From assembly GCA_951406725.2 (NCBI GenBank), contig OX597815.1:29202001-29266000 (forward strand): a stretch of 64,000 nt of DNA, written 5' to 3'. The DNA comes from Octopus vulgaris (Eukaryota). Below, piece after piece: positions 49,252 to 63,800 of this stretch. Each line of letters starts with the position of its first letter. The first letter of the stretch is position 1. The notes under the pieces are model-generated. The model was not told the origin of the DNA and did not search any database. It was given only the letters and a program-made list of their open reading frames with translations. The translations under genes were made by a program, and so were the position numbers.

Positions 49252-50826
49252 GGGGTCCACCAAGGTTCAGTCCTCAGCCCTCTCCTATTTATCATAGTCC
49301 TCCAGGCAATAACGGAGGAATTCAAGACAGGATGCCCCTGGAAGTTCCTGTATGCTAATGACCTTGCTCTAATTGCTGAGTCACTATCAGAACTAGAAGC
49401 AAAGTTTCAAGTGTGGAGACAAGGATTAGAATCGAAGGGCCTTAAAATCAACCTAGCTAAAACCAAAGTCCTAATATGTAGGAAGGCAGGCAAATCACAA
49501 ACGCCTTCAGGTAGATGGTCCTGCTCGATCTGTAGAAAAGGCGTAGGTAGAAACTCTATAAGATGCACCAAGTATAAGCTATGGACACATAAGAGGTGCA
49601 GCAATGTCAAAGGAAGGCTAACTGGGAAGATAGTTTTTGTATGTGGCAGATGCTCAGGAGCAATAAACACTGAAAATGCGCAGAGACCAACTTCCGCCAC
49701 ATTCCAGGGAGAAAAACTAGAAATTGTTGATAGCTTCCGTTACCTAGGTGACCAAGTCAGTAGTGGGGGTGGGTGTGCTGAAAGTGTAACTGCTAGAGTA
49801 AGAATAGCCTGGGCAAAGTTCAGAGAGCTCTTACCTCTGCTGGTGACAAAAGGCCACTCGCTCAGAATAAAAGGCAGACTGTATGATGCATGTGTACGAA
49901 CAGCCATGCTACATGGCAGTGAAACATGGGCTGTGACTGCTGAGGATATGCGTAAGCTCACAAGAAATAAAGCCAGTATGCTCCGATGGATGTGTAATGT
50001 CAGTGTACATACTCAACAGAGTGTAAGTACCTTGAGAGAAAAGTTGGACCTAAGAAGCATCAGTTGTGGTGTGCAAGAGAGACGTTTTCACTGGTATGGT
50101 CATGTAGCGAGAATGGATGAAGATAGTTGTGTGAAAAAGTGCCACACCCTAATGGTTGAGGGAACCTGTGGAAGAGGTAGACCCAGGAAAACCTGGGACG
50201 AGGTGGTGAAGTACAACCTTCGAACTTTAGGTCTCACCGAGGAAATGACCAGAGACCGAGACCTTTGGAAGTATGCTGTGCATGGGAAGACCCGGCAGGA
50301 CAAGTGAGACCATAACCCGTGGCCTCTACCTGGGATGTAGCCAGTCCACTTATGCATACCTTTCCTTCTTGTGACACAAACCCTACTTGTGAAGACCTGT
50401 TGAGGCAAGTGAAAATCAAAAAATCAAAATCAAAATCGATCAACATCAATGGAAATTGTAGCTGTGATACCAGTGCCGGTGGCACGTAAGAGAACCATCC
50501 AAATGTGGCCGTTGCCAGTGCTGCCCCAGTAAAAAGCACCATCTGATTGTGGCCATTGCCAGCCTTGTCTGGCCCCCATGCCGGTGGCACATAAAAAGCA
50601 CCATCCGATCGTGGCCGTTTGCCAGCCTCATCTGGCACCTGTGCAGGTGGCACGTAAAAAGCACCCACTACACTCATGGAGTGGTTGGCGTTAGGAAGGG
50701 CATCCAGCTGTAGAAACACTCCCAGATCAGACTGGAAACTGGTGCAGCCTCCTGGCTTCCCAGACCCCGGTTGAACCGTCCAACCCATGCTAGCATGGAA
50801 AACGGACGTTAAACGATGATGATGAT
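49252..50826 (+). mobile_element. 5'-truncated RTE LINE: C-terminal ORF2 (49252-50307) plus 3' UTR and (GAT)n tail
   Basis: Uninterrupted frame GVHQGSVLSPLLF..LYANDL..GLKINLAKTK..FRYLG..WYGHVARM..GRGRPRKTW. YADD reads YAND, so the RT is probably dead. Confidence 0.93.
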
Positions 50827-51851
50827 GTATATGTATTTTCATAATGTGAAAGTGGTTGGCTTAAGACAGACATCCAAATGTAGAAACCATGCTAGAGTAG
50901 ACATTGGAGTTCAATGCTGACTTATTGAATTATACCAAACCATCAACCCCATTCCAGCGTGGAAGATAGTCATTAAATAATGATCACAATGGTGATGATG
51001 ATATGTGTGTATGTGTCTGTATAAACTTTCCCAAGTGTATACACACACATATAAAAAGGCATAGTAAAGTACAACACATTGTCAAAGATCAAACTTCAAT
51101 AGTGGGTTCCACATTTCACTCCAGTATCCAGTGTAGTATAATGTGGAGAATCAACCAAAGGATAGGCTAGTGTTTGGAATATGAACCAAATAATAGAAAT
51201 GATGATAATAACAAGTAGAAAATAAGCATGGGATTCAATGCTTTATAGGACATCAGTTTCAGCTAAATGCCAAAATAATTGCATAAGAGTTATAGAAACA
51301 TGTTATTTTATTTTCATTTCATTAGTGTCCTGCAATAAATAAGTGTTTATTGACTATGTAATTATTTCAGCATTTTACTGAAATGTGTGTATGTATTATA
51401 GGTCTTTGATTGGCATACCTATTTTCTGCTTATTATTATTATCTATATGTGTCAAAACAATTGCCGTGATTAATAATAAATTCTTGTATATTCCACCTTC
51501 TGTCTTTCATTTGCCATATATATATATATAATCATCATCATCATCGTTTAATGTCTGCTTTCCATGCTAGCATGGGTTGGACGATTTGACTGAGGGCTGG
51601 CGAACCAGATGGCTGCACCAGGCTCCAATCTTGATCTGGCAGAGTTTCTACAGCTGGATGCCCTTCCTAACGCCAACCACTCCAAGAGTGTAGTGGGTGC
51701 TTTTACATGCCACTGGCACGGGGGCCAGTCAGGCGGTACTGGCAATGACCTCGCATGAATCTTTTTACACTTGCCACCGGCACAGGTGCCAGTAAGGCAA
51801 CGCTGATATATATATATATATACATATATACATACATATATACATACATAT

Positions 51852-51914
<63 letters not shown>

Positions 51915-51935
51915 CACATATATATACATACACAT

Positions 51936-52870
51936 ACAAAGGTTAGCTGCAAAGTTCATAGGCTGACCGCAATACTCTCATGGAATGTGACCAAATGAGG
52001 CTTATTTTTCAGTATTGTCCCCTTTGTGGTCCATGCACTTCTTTCATTGGTGTTGCAGTGCTTGAATCCCATTGGTGAAGAAGATTTCATCCTGTTGGTC
52101 AAAAAAGTCATCAACAGCAAATATGACATCATTATCTCAGTGATGCTGGTTCCCAGCCAAGTGTTTTTCATGTTGGTGAACAAATCATAGTCAAGTTGGG
52201 CCAAATCAGGAAAATTGGGAAACCTCAGTCACACACAGCAACCATTCAATCCAGGGGCTTATGTGCTGGAGCATTGTTCTGATGAAACAAGACTCCTTTC
52301 ATCAGTTTTCCTGGGCATTTGGTCTTGATAGCTTTTGTAACTGCCTCAGCAAGTTGGTACAGTACTCACCATTGATTGTGTGGCCCTTTTGGAGATATTC
52401 AATAAACACTGTGCCTTTTGTATCATAAAAACCTGAAGCCAGCACCTTCGCTGCAGGTGAAATGACCATGACCTTCTTTAGAGCAGGTGAGGAGGTATGT
52501 TTCTACTGCATGGATTGTCTTTTTGTAGCTCAAAATGATAAACCCAACATTCATCCTGGGTTAAGAAACATTCAAAGAAACAAGCTGAATTTGCCTCAAA
52601 CAATGTCAGATTCTTCCATGATGTGATCAGCCTGGAGTGCTTATGATCAAGGGTCAGAAGCCATGGCACCCACCAAGCAGAAACCTGTGTCATGTTAAGT
52701 TCATGTTGTAGAATATTCTCAACTCTCACATGGGATATACTAAATAGCATTAACTGACTTAAAGTCTGTCATCTGTCATCCATCACTATATGTTAAACAT
52801 AGTCAATGTTTTCCTTAATAGTGGCAGTTGCAGGTCATCCAGACATTGGGTCATCTCCAAGACTCTCCAT
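51936..52870 (-). mobile_element. decayed mariner transposon, 5'-truncated
   Basis: VSAWWVPWLLT, LTQDECWVYHFE, PDLAQLDYDLF, CVDHKGDNTEK*. Confidence 0.85.
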
Positions 52871-53732
52871 TCCCCCAACACAGACATACATAAATGTATG
52901 TATAACAGAACAAAAGGATAAACAGGTAAATCACAGGTATTGGGTCAGATTATGACATATTAATACAACACTTAGAGAAAAAAACAAATCCATAAAGGAG
53001 TATCAATTACAGAAGATCAGTGAAAGTTCCATATTAGGTTCATAATAGTTGTGATATAAACAGGTAGACTCACAGGTAAAACCTTGTAACTGAAAGAGAA
53101 GAAACAAAAAAGGTATGTATATAATACCTAACAGCTGTTTCAAACATAGTGCAGAAGAGGTTGCCACAAAAATATTGGATACATACATGCATACTTAAAT
53201 ACATACATACATATGTACTTGGAAATGGATGAATTGTGTTCAATTAAATAATGAATAATATAATATATATATAGCCAAGCTGGTAGTTATGGAGCCATTG
53301 CAAATTTTTGATGCAGTGGATAGCCAATCCTTAAAATATCCTCCCCTCAGTCTATCTACCTCTCTTTCTATTTCTTTTCTTTTCTTTACTTTTACCACTT
53401 TATAGCTACTATTTTGTTATTGAACGTTGATATGTTCATGCCTTTTTCCTTGGGATGTCTACTATATCAGAATTTTAACCCACATAGATCTATGCCGGAT
53501 TGTACCTAAGAACTTATGCTTATGGATCTACACAGGATTGCACCTAAGGACTCATGCTCTTGTTTCTATAACTTAAGAAAGTTGAATTATAAACTTTTAT
53601 GCTTCTTTTTTTTCTTCTTTCTTTCCATCTTCTTATTCTTTTACTCCCTTCCTCTATGTTGTCATCTCAATATATACCATTCTCATTTTCCTTGTTGTTT
53701 CCCAATTTTTTTCCATGTTTTTCCCCCATGTT

Positions 53733-53785
53733 CTGATGATGGAATATCCCATACTCAGGAATATCCCAGAAACAGCTGTAAGACT
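53733..53785 (+). ncRNA. minimal type I hammerhead ribozyme-like motif
   Basis: CTGATGA - stem II (TGGAATAT/ATATCCCA) - GAAAC AGCT GTA. Helix I is weak. Confidence 0.5.
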
Positions 53786-53942
53786 TTGAATTTTTTCCAA
53801 TAATAATATTGTATATGACTTGAGATATTTGTCTTGCCTTAATATTTGCTGTATTCTTTAACAATTATATATATATATATATTAGGGAATATAACTACAA
53901 ACTTACAGGGAAAAAGTTCAATTTAGTATTAAATCAAATTTC

Positions 53943-54400
<458 letters not shown>

Positions 54401-55379
54401 AATTACTAGGATTAAATGGAAAGTCTACTATAATAATTGTATTCATTTTTTTGTACTTTTTGTGATCTAGTTATATAATATATTTTATTTTTTCTATATG
54501 ATATGGTTTATGTCTATCATTGTTTGAATTACATAATAGTGGTTTTTCTCTGATTTATATATATTATATATATGTCTGTGTGTGTGTGTGTATACATGCA
54601 TATATGGGTACAGGACATCACCAACAGTGCTAATAACATGAAATATGTAAACAACGAGAAAAAAATGGAAAACAGGACAAGTAAACGCAGAGAAAGGACT
54701 CTTCATCAGCTCTCTCTCTCTCTCTCACTCATTGCTCACATGTGACCATCGTCCATCTTTCTTTTCCTGCACGGGCGTGTTTATCTCTCTTCTATTTTTT
54801 CTCTTTAGCGTTCACTCTTTTCCTCTCGTTCTGGTCTAATGACCCTCCATGTTTGTTTTCATTCGGTTTCCTTGTATGTTTCCACTGTCATTTTTTTGTT
54901 CCCAAATTTGACCCTCCATAAATCCTAAATTCTGTGAAATTTTAGGAAACATAGAAAATATGTATACGTATGTGTGTGTCTTCCTAACATCATTACTTTT
55001 CCCTTTTCAGTTGTTCATTTCTGTTGTCATTGATTCTTCCACAGTTCATACTGTTACATGGTTTGCTGTATGAGGAGAGAAGAATAGAGTTATGAGATCC
55101 TTCTAGTTAACTCTCTTTGAGGACTATTCAACATCTCTAGTATTTATACCATGAATAAATGCACCCATTATACTATAAAGTGGTTGGTATTAAGGACACC
55201 CAATTATAGAAACCAACCCATATGACATGAATGTGTGTCTAGACTTTGGAGGCAGTAACTCCCAATGGAAAGTGACTAGGGGTATGACAACCCATCTAAC
55301 TCATGCTAGCATAGTAAGCTGACATGAAATGATATCATCATCATCATTATCATCATCTATTTCTTATATGCACAAATCC

Positions 55380-55785
55380 CATTTTCCGTAGCGGTGTCGT
55401 ATGAAATTGTCACCCATAATTATGGCCCTAGTATCAATCTATCGCATTTCAATCTATTTTAGATTTAGGGTGATAGTTAGGGTTAGGGGTGGGGAAAGGG
55501 TATCTTTTTTCTTCACAAATGTAAATAAACCCAATCTGTTTCTTAAAGGAGGGACATATTCATACAACACGGAATGTTGTTTACCTAAATGGACTCCAGC
55601 GATTGGTTAAAATTGCCGAAATGCTCGAAATTTCAGACGAAATATCTTACAACCTATAGAATTTTCTCAATAAAGTCAAGAAAAAAATGATGTTTTATAA
55701 TTACATTCTACCAGTATACGAAGTTTAAAAGTGTTTAGTTAACTAGAAATTATGTTACAAAGTGCAGTTCAAAAGGAAAAGATCC
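55380..55785. mobile_element. diverged Merlin-like MITE (GGATCTTT family), left TIR lost
   Basis: Colinear with 59665-60075. A partial relative lies at ~29375-29581. Confidence 0.8.
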
Positions 55786-57754
55786 GATTTCCAAATAAGA
55801 ATAAACTACTGGTGATAGTGAAACTTTAAACCACTCCTGTCACTAACCTTTACTTATTTTTGACGTAAGAGATCATTTCCTTCTTACGTCTTCGAAGGAG
55901 CACAGTCAGCTGACAATCTTCGGAAAAACACAAATGTAAAGTTCCACAGACACGCTCGTACACGCACATGCACAAACAATCATATATATATATATACACA
56001 TACATAAATATATGTATGATGTATGCGATCGGCATCTTTCAGTTTTTATGTATTAAGTCTGAACCCCAAACTATATTTCCATGAAGCAAATTTCTTAACT
56101 ACAAACTATATTTGCACCTTTTATTATAATTCCATTCACATCTAGGTTGCTTAATAGGAATATTAAACTGATCCCAAGTACCTGACTGGTAATTTATTTT
56201 ATCGACCCCAAAAAGGAAAAAGTTCACCAAGGTGGAACAAAAGGGTTGTAACCAAATATCGCTTTAACGATTACTTCATGTAATTATGTAATTTGTCGTA
56301 TTGCACAATTTCTTAAGCATTAAAATCAGTTTCTAACAGAGGTACATAGTGTTATAATAATAAGAACGATGAACAGCACCATAGAGGAAGCAGTAGATCT
56401 CGGTGAAATTGTGAAAAGCATGAATGCCACAGCATTCTGTTTTCGCACCTCCGTAAATGAGAGGAATTCTTTTAATGTAATATGTACGCTTAGTCAAAAG
56501 AAATAATTTGTATTAGTAATAACGACTCGTTAAGTCGAAAACACCGGTTTTCGTACAGTAACATGTGATTCGTATCTAGGTGACCTTGCAAACCCTAAGT
56601 GCTGTAAGTTTTTTTGTTGTTTTTTTTTTTACTTTCAGATAACCACTATGGATCTTAGCTGAATCAATAACTGAGTTTCATCTCTTTTGTCAGGAAAATA
56701 AAGTAATTACACTACATAATGCAGTTTTCCAAAACGACTTTTAAAAAAGCAGACTCACATTCAAATGATTAAGAAGAAATAAAGCTTTTCATAACAAAAT
56801 TAGTGAACACCGAAAATTTTAAACGATTTTATATAACGTACGAAACCGTATTTCGATAAATGTTATGCCAAACATTTGTCAGTATTTCAAAAGTGTATTC
56901 CGCTCATTGCGCCGGTTTAAAATTGATGTAAAAAAAACTTAAGGCCCAAACGGTCAGGTTTTACGTTTGTCTCGCAATTACATTTTATGGAATAGATTAT
57001 TTACGAAATTATTTTCGCATATATATTACAAAAATATGATATTGGTATTGTATACGTTTAAATAGGTGGGTACTAGTACCAAATAGGTGTTTATTTCTAA
57101 ATCAACTCTAAACATTTACGATAATAAAGACAAGGTCTGGGATTAAAACAGAAGATTAAAATAAAAATAATGGATTTTCTGTAGTTTGCTCGAGAATATA
57201 ATATTCATTACTTTCGACGAAAAATACGTAGACACGATCGGAAGTAAAACCCGTTATGTAATACATGATTTTATTAAGTGGTTTTAAGTAAATGATAAAC
57301 ATCCATCAGTAACAGGTGAAATTTTGGTTAAATCACTGAAGACATACTATTCAGTAAATATGGTAATATTTAATGTGATGAAAAAATTTGATCACAATCA
57401 TATAGTAAATGTATAATTTATTAAAGGTACTAATGTAACTTCAAAATAATTAGAGAATCAATTAGTAATTATTAATAACAAAAATATTATCAACGGCTTC
57501 TTTAAAACATGGAGACAATCAAATTAATAAATATATATTTAATAACAAATAAGATTGCTTTTTTTAAGTTAATGAAATTGTTTATGTCGTTATATAATTA
57601 GATTACATATTTTATCAAGTAATTAAATCACGAATGCGTATGCCTATTAGAAATAACGTTTGTAAGTATATTTTCTTAAAAGACACGTGACTGATTTTTC
57701 AGTTAGGCGAGTCCATATAAATTAAGGGTGAATTTAAGATGTCTGAAATTCTTT

Positions 57755-58041
<287 letters not shown>

Positions 58042-58242
58042 GAAAGAAACTCGGGGAGATCGTAAACAGCAGGTGGTTCTCAGAGGAGAAACCCCTTTTA
58101 GGCAAGTGTTTCGGCCCTTATATCCTGACACTCTAGGGGGCGGATCACATCCGAGTCATGACTCCCAGATGTCCACCTACTGTCCGTTTTAGTTACGCCT
58201 TAGGTGGCATTGGTTTCTCTGGTTTCTAGCACTGCTGTGATG

Positions 58243-58323
58243 TGTGCTGCGGCCCTGAAAAGGGTTAAGTACTCGTTTCCCAGCTGGAAACGGGTACTTA
58301 GCCCTTTTCAGTGCCGCAGCACA
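58243..58323. other. 81-nt near-perfect GC-rich hairpin
   Basis: 38-nt arms around a CAGCT loop, with three differences between arms. Confidence 0.9.
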
Positions 58324-58397
58324 ATATATATATATATATGTGTGTGTGTGTATAATATATATATATATGTATGTAATATAATATATGTGTGTGTATA

Positions 58398-58428
<31 letters not shown>

Positions 58429-59664
58429 TGTATCACGACAAGAAATGAAAGTGTCAGTAATTTAGAAATTCATACTTAGAAACTCTACTTATTGGCACCT
58501 GTTCAAGGAATCTGGGATATGTCGCAATTGCGCTGCTGTTATAAATTTGACAACTACGAAATCTATAAGTAGACTTTCTCGACTAACTTCCTTAACTAAA
58601 CCAAATTTATCAGTGTTTTATATGTTCCAAGGGCATAAACTTCACGATTTCCTTATCACCTTGCTTTCTCTAAGTCTAAGACTTCACGCCTACGTAAAAA
58701 TTACTACATATTTTCTAAAAACTTTCTTTTTATATCGATTACTTTTCCCCTTCGGACATATGCCATACTGCAATTCATCTTAACATGTCAGTGACCTTGA
58801 CCAAATATTTAGAATATCAGATAGTAACAATTTATAATTAGAAAAATATTACACATGAAAGTAAATGTCTTCTAAGCTAAAAGGCGGTATGTCTAATTGC
58901 AAGAAATATTTGAAGCGTAATTTGCGTATCATGTAATTGTTTATGCAATTATATAATTAGTTTCAATATTTAATCATGAAACACAAAATCATTATGCCTA
59001 CTTATATATTTCAAGTATCTAAGGTATGGGATAGATTTTTTTTTTTTAATTGCCATAAATAAAATAAGAACGTATATAATTTCCCAAATAGTATATATAT
59101 AATTAAATAAGGGTAGAAATTGACATTAATCAATTAAAACCAGTGGCCTAGCATATTTTTAAAAATCCGAAGATTAAAAATTTTTTACATACGAAATTTA
59201 GAGGACCACTTTTAGTGGTCAGTCCTAAATTTATATATATATATATAAGGAAAATGAAAATATCTTTCTCCAAAACCGTGTTAACAGGTAGGACAGATAA
59301 TTGAAAAAAATATCAATATCTTCAATACTGCCATTTCAACACGCTATGAATGTGTAGTTATTAGTTGGCTAACGTCCCACACCAATACGAATTTGTCAAT
59401 TTTTAAGGTGTTTCAAATATTTCTATATTTTTAAAAAGAACTATTGTAAAAGTATTCGGTATTTATTGGGTTATTAACTTCTTTTGTATTCTTTATTCAG
59501 ATTTTATTTCTGTTGTCATCCATCTTGAAATACCTTACAGGTATAAGCCAACGAAAGAGCTGTTATACTTTCGATCTGTTAGAAATAGCAGCCAAATCTC
59601 CCTCAAATCACATCCTAAAAAGAAAACACATTGGACAATATCGGCTTAGATTTATAAGCATACC

Positions 59665-60075
59665 GGATCTTTTCGGTTTGAACGGCAGTTTTTTCTATCG
59701 GTGTCATATGAAATTGTCACCCATAGTTATAACCCTAGAATCGATCTATTGCATTTCAATCTGTTTTAGGGTTAGGGTTAGGGGTGGGGGAAGGGCATCT
59801 TTTTTTCTTCACAAATGTAAATAAACCCAATCTGTTTCTTAAACGAGGGACATATTCATACGGTACAGAATGCTTTTTAACTCAATAGACGTCACTGATT
59901 GGTTGAAATTGCAGAAATTGAAGAAAAAAACAAATATCTTACAAACTATAGAATTTTCTCAATAAAGCCAAGAGAAAAAGATGTTTTATAAACACATTCT
60001 ACCAGTATAAGAAGTTTAAAATTTTTTAGTTACCTAGAAATTATGTTAAAACTGCCGTTCAAACCGAAAAGATTC
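59665..60075. mobile_element. Merlin-like MITE (GGATCTTTTCGG family)
   Basis: TIRs plus perfect 8-bp TSD AGCATACC. Confidence 0.92.
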
Positions 60076-60770
60076 AGCATACCTATATCTTTGATTATAG
60101 GTCTGCTTGATTCAGGGCTAAATAACAATAACCAAATAAATTTAAAACACAAAATGATTTGGTTTGGATGGAATTCAGAGTCATTCAATATGCTATGTAT
60201 TGATGAGGGTATTAAAGTAAGTGCGAATCATGCATATGTAAGAAGTGCCCATGGTTGTGTGGTAAAGAAGCTCACTTTGCAACCGCATGGGTTCGAGTTC
60301 AGTTTCATTGCAGTACCTTAGGCAAGTGTCTTCTAATGTAGCCCCAGGATGACCAATGCTTTGTTAGTGAATTTGATGGGTGGAAACTGTGTGGAAGCCC
60401 GTGGTGAACTTATTACATTGTTTCTTTTACCCCGTCTCCATGTTTTGTATTTTTGCACCGACTTTATCCTGTAATTATATATATATATACATATGTATGT
60501 ATATATATATATATATATCTGTTTCTTTATTGCCCACAAGGGGCTAAACATAGAGGGGACAAACAAGGGCAGACAAACGGATTAAGTCAATTACATCGCC
60601 TCCAGTGCGTAACTAGTACTTAATTTATCAACCCCGAAAGGATGAAAGGCAAAGTTGACCTCGGCAGAATTTGAACTCAGAACGCAACGACAGACGCAAT
60701 ACCGCTAAGCATTTCGCCCGGTGTGCTAATGTTTCTGCCAGCTTGCCGCCTTATATATATATATATACAT

Positions 60771-60831
<61 letters not shown>

Positions 60832-63800
60832 GATATATATGTATGTATGTATGTATATATATAATTTGTGTGTGTGTCAGTGTTTATGTTTGTTCCTCTC
60901 CCATCGCTTGACAACTGGTGTTGGTTTGTTTACATTCTTGTAACTTAGCAATTTGGCAAAAGAGAGACCGAAAGAATTAGTTACTGACTTTAGAAATAAG
61001 AAATTGGGGTCAATTTGTTTGCCTAAAACCTTCAGGATGATGCCCCAGCATGGCCACAGTCCTATGACTGAATCAAGTAAAAGGTAAAAAATGTTGAAGT
61101 GAATCTAATGGTTTTCCGTCTGTTTTTAAATGGCTTATAAACACCTTCCACACTGCAATTGTTTGTTTCAGCACACGATCTCAGATCAAATCACTTGCTA
61201 TGGCAAGTACATCTCTGTAATATTTTAGAAATGTTATGAAATCAATTTCTCAATCTACAATTAAAGCAAAAAAATATTTTTTCTTTTTTCATAATGGAAT
61301 TGAAATAAGTTATGACACTCATACTTTTTCTGAAATAATTGAAAACAAGTTGTGAGTATCTGAGTACTTATAAGATTATTACTATCATCACTGTCATTTT
61401 AATGTTCCCACCTCTTGTATACTGGTGTGAGATGGATGGGCTTGTAATGCAAGATCATGTTTAATTTGTAAAGGACAGTTTCTCTGTGTGTCTGTGTTTG
61501 TCCCCTAGCATTGCTTGACAACCGATGCTGGTGTGTTTATGTCCCCGTTACTTAGCGGTTCGTAAAAAAAAAGAGACCGATAGAATAAGTACTGGGCTTA
61601 CAAAAGAATAAGTCCTGGGGTCGAGTTGCTCGATTAAAGGCGGTGCTCCAGCATGGCCGCAGTCAGATGACTGAAACAAGTAAAAGAGAGTAAAGAGAGA
61701 GAGATCCTTTTTGAGCTACTTTTGATCATTTATCCTTCATTCATCAGCTAATTCACACACACACGCACAAAAAATTTTTTTTAGTCATTCTAAGATCTAG
61801 CAGTTATGGTTAAGTTAGTTATTCTTCACTGATGAGACTTAATAAAACCAAAACATGTGCAGAATTGTTACTGTACTGCTTAAACTCAAATTCACTCTTT
61901 GATGTATTTTAATTTGAATTTTAAAGGAGTTAAGCTAGCAGAATCATTAGCACATCAGACAAAATACTTAGTTACTTTTATATTTTCACTATTGATAAAT
62001 CTCATTCAAGTACTGAGGTCATTGTAATCAGCTAATCTCCTCTTAAAATTGTCAATATTGTACCTATATTTGAAAGAATGCCCTCTTGCCATTTCTGCTT
62101 TTTTCCCCCTTCAGAATTAAAAATTATGAAATAACTAGTTTCATGACTAAGTTTGTAATTTTAATTGAATCAGTTTTTTATGGGGTGGCTTACTTATATC
62201 AAGTATAATAACATTAACTTTACTATGAAATGATCATCTTAAGCTTTTTTTTTTTGTCCCACATAAAGCTACATTATATATTCAATGGATTGCATGCATT
62301 TCTTTTTCTATTGAATTTAAATTCTACTAAATTTGACTTTGTCTTTCATTCCCCTCACCACTGAGTCAACAAAACAATAACATATAAATATACAATTTAC
62401 TAAGTCAACTATACCTTCCCCTACAAAAATTGGTATTTGTAACTATTCAAAATAAATCAACATTTAGCAGTTCTCAAGTTATTCATTTATTTATTCATTT
62501 ACCTGTGTATTCTGTCAAGTTGTTTACTCATGACATTCTATGACTCACATTATTTAATAAAAAAAAAAAGAATTATTTCATTTTGCTTGATTATACTCTC
62601 TAACTTTATTGACAAAAGGTTGTCAGACTAAGATGGATATAGGTATGGCTCAGTAGTTTGCTTTATTGCTATGTGGTTTCAGGTTCAATCACTCTGTATA
62701 GCATATTGGGCAAGTATTTTCTACTAAAGCTTTGAATCAACTACAAGTTTGCGAGCAAAATTTGATTGACAGATAGACTTAATCTGTTACCTAGTTTAAT
62801 ACCACCATTTGACCTTTGCATACCTTTAGTAGAAGCCACCCTGTTGCAAACATTTGAATCAAGCCTACATTATGAGGATAACTTCCTCCCTCATATCAAT
62901 GAAACCCTGTTTAGAGCTATGAGAGTTACCCTTCCTCCTCAAAGTTATGTTAAAAAACAAACTGCTTACTACCTGTAAAATTATGAATATTTCGCTGTAG
63001 TCATTATATTAAGGCTCTAGGCTGTGAACTGGCAGAATTTCTAGAGTGTTGGTAAAAATGCATTGGGTATTTGTTCTGGCACTTTACATTCTGAATTCAA
63101 ATGCTATTACAGTCAATTTTGCCTTTCATCCTTTTGGATTCGCTAAAATGAAGTACTGGTCAATGGTATTGACAGAGTGCATCCCTTGAAACTGTTGGCT
63201 TTGTACCTAAATCAGAAATTATATTAGTTTCAAATTTTGGTACAAGGCCATCAATTTTAAGGAAGAATGTAAGTTGATTCCATTGACCCTAGTGTTCAAC
63301 TGGTACTTATTTATATTGATCCTGAAGGTTGAATTTGAACTCAGAATATGAAAACAAATGAAATGCCACTAAGCATTTTGATTGGCATACTAACAATTCT
63401 GCTAGCTTGCTGCCTTAAATCAGTAATTGATATTAAGAAGGCTCAGGATAACAAACTGGCAGAATCGTTAGCACGCCAGGCAAAATGCTTAATAACATTT
63501 TGTTTGTCTTCATGTTCTGAGTTCAAATTCTGCAGAAGTTGACTTTGCCCTTCATCCTTTTGAGGTCAATAAAATAAGTACCATCTGAACACTGGGATCA
63601 ATGTAATCAACTTAGCCCCTTCCTCAAAGTCGCTGGACTTGTGCAAAAATTTAAAACTAATATTAAGAAGGTTCATTACTCTACTGCATGTCTCAGCCTG
63701 CTTTTGCTTAAAATAGGTGTCAGTGCCTTAAGTTAATGTTGGTTAAGGTATACAGTTGTAAAACAATTATGCCACCAATTCATATATTCAAATATCCAGT

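Noticed and set aside
50470-50670. Hairpin repeats with spacers resembling a CRISPR array (also 6797-7120)
   Set aside because: The spacers are homologous to each other, the repeats are degenerate, there are no cas genes, and the array is a eukaryotic LINE 3' UTR.
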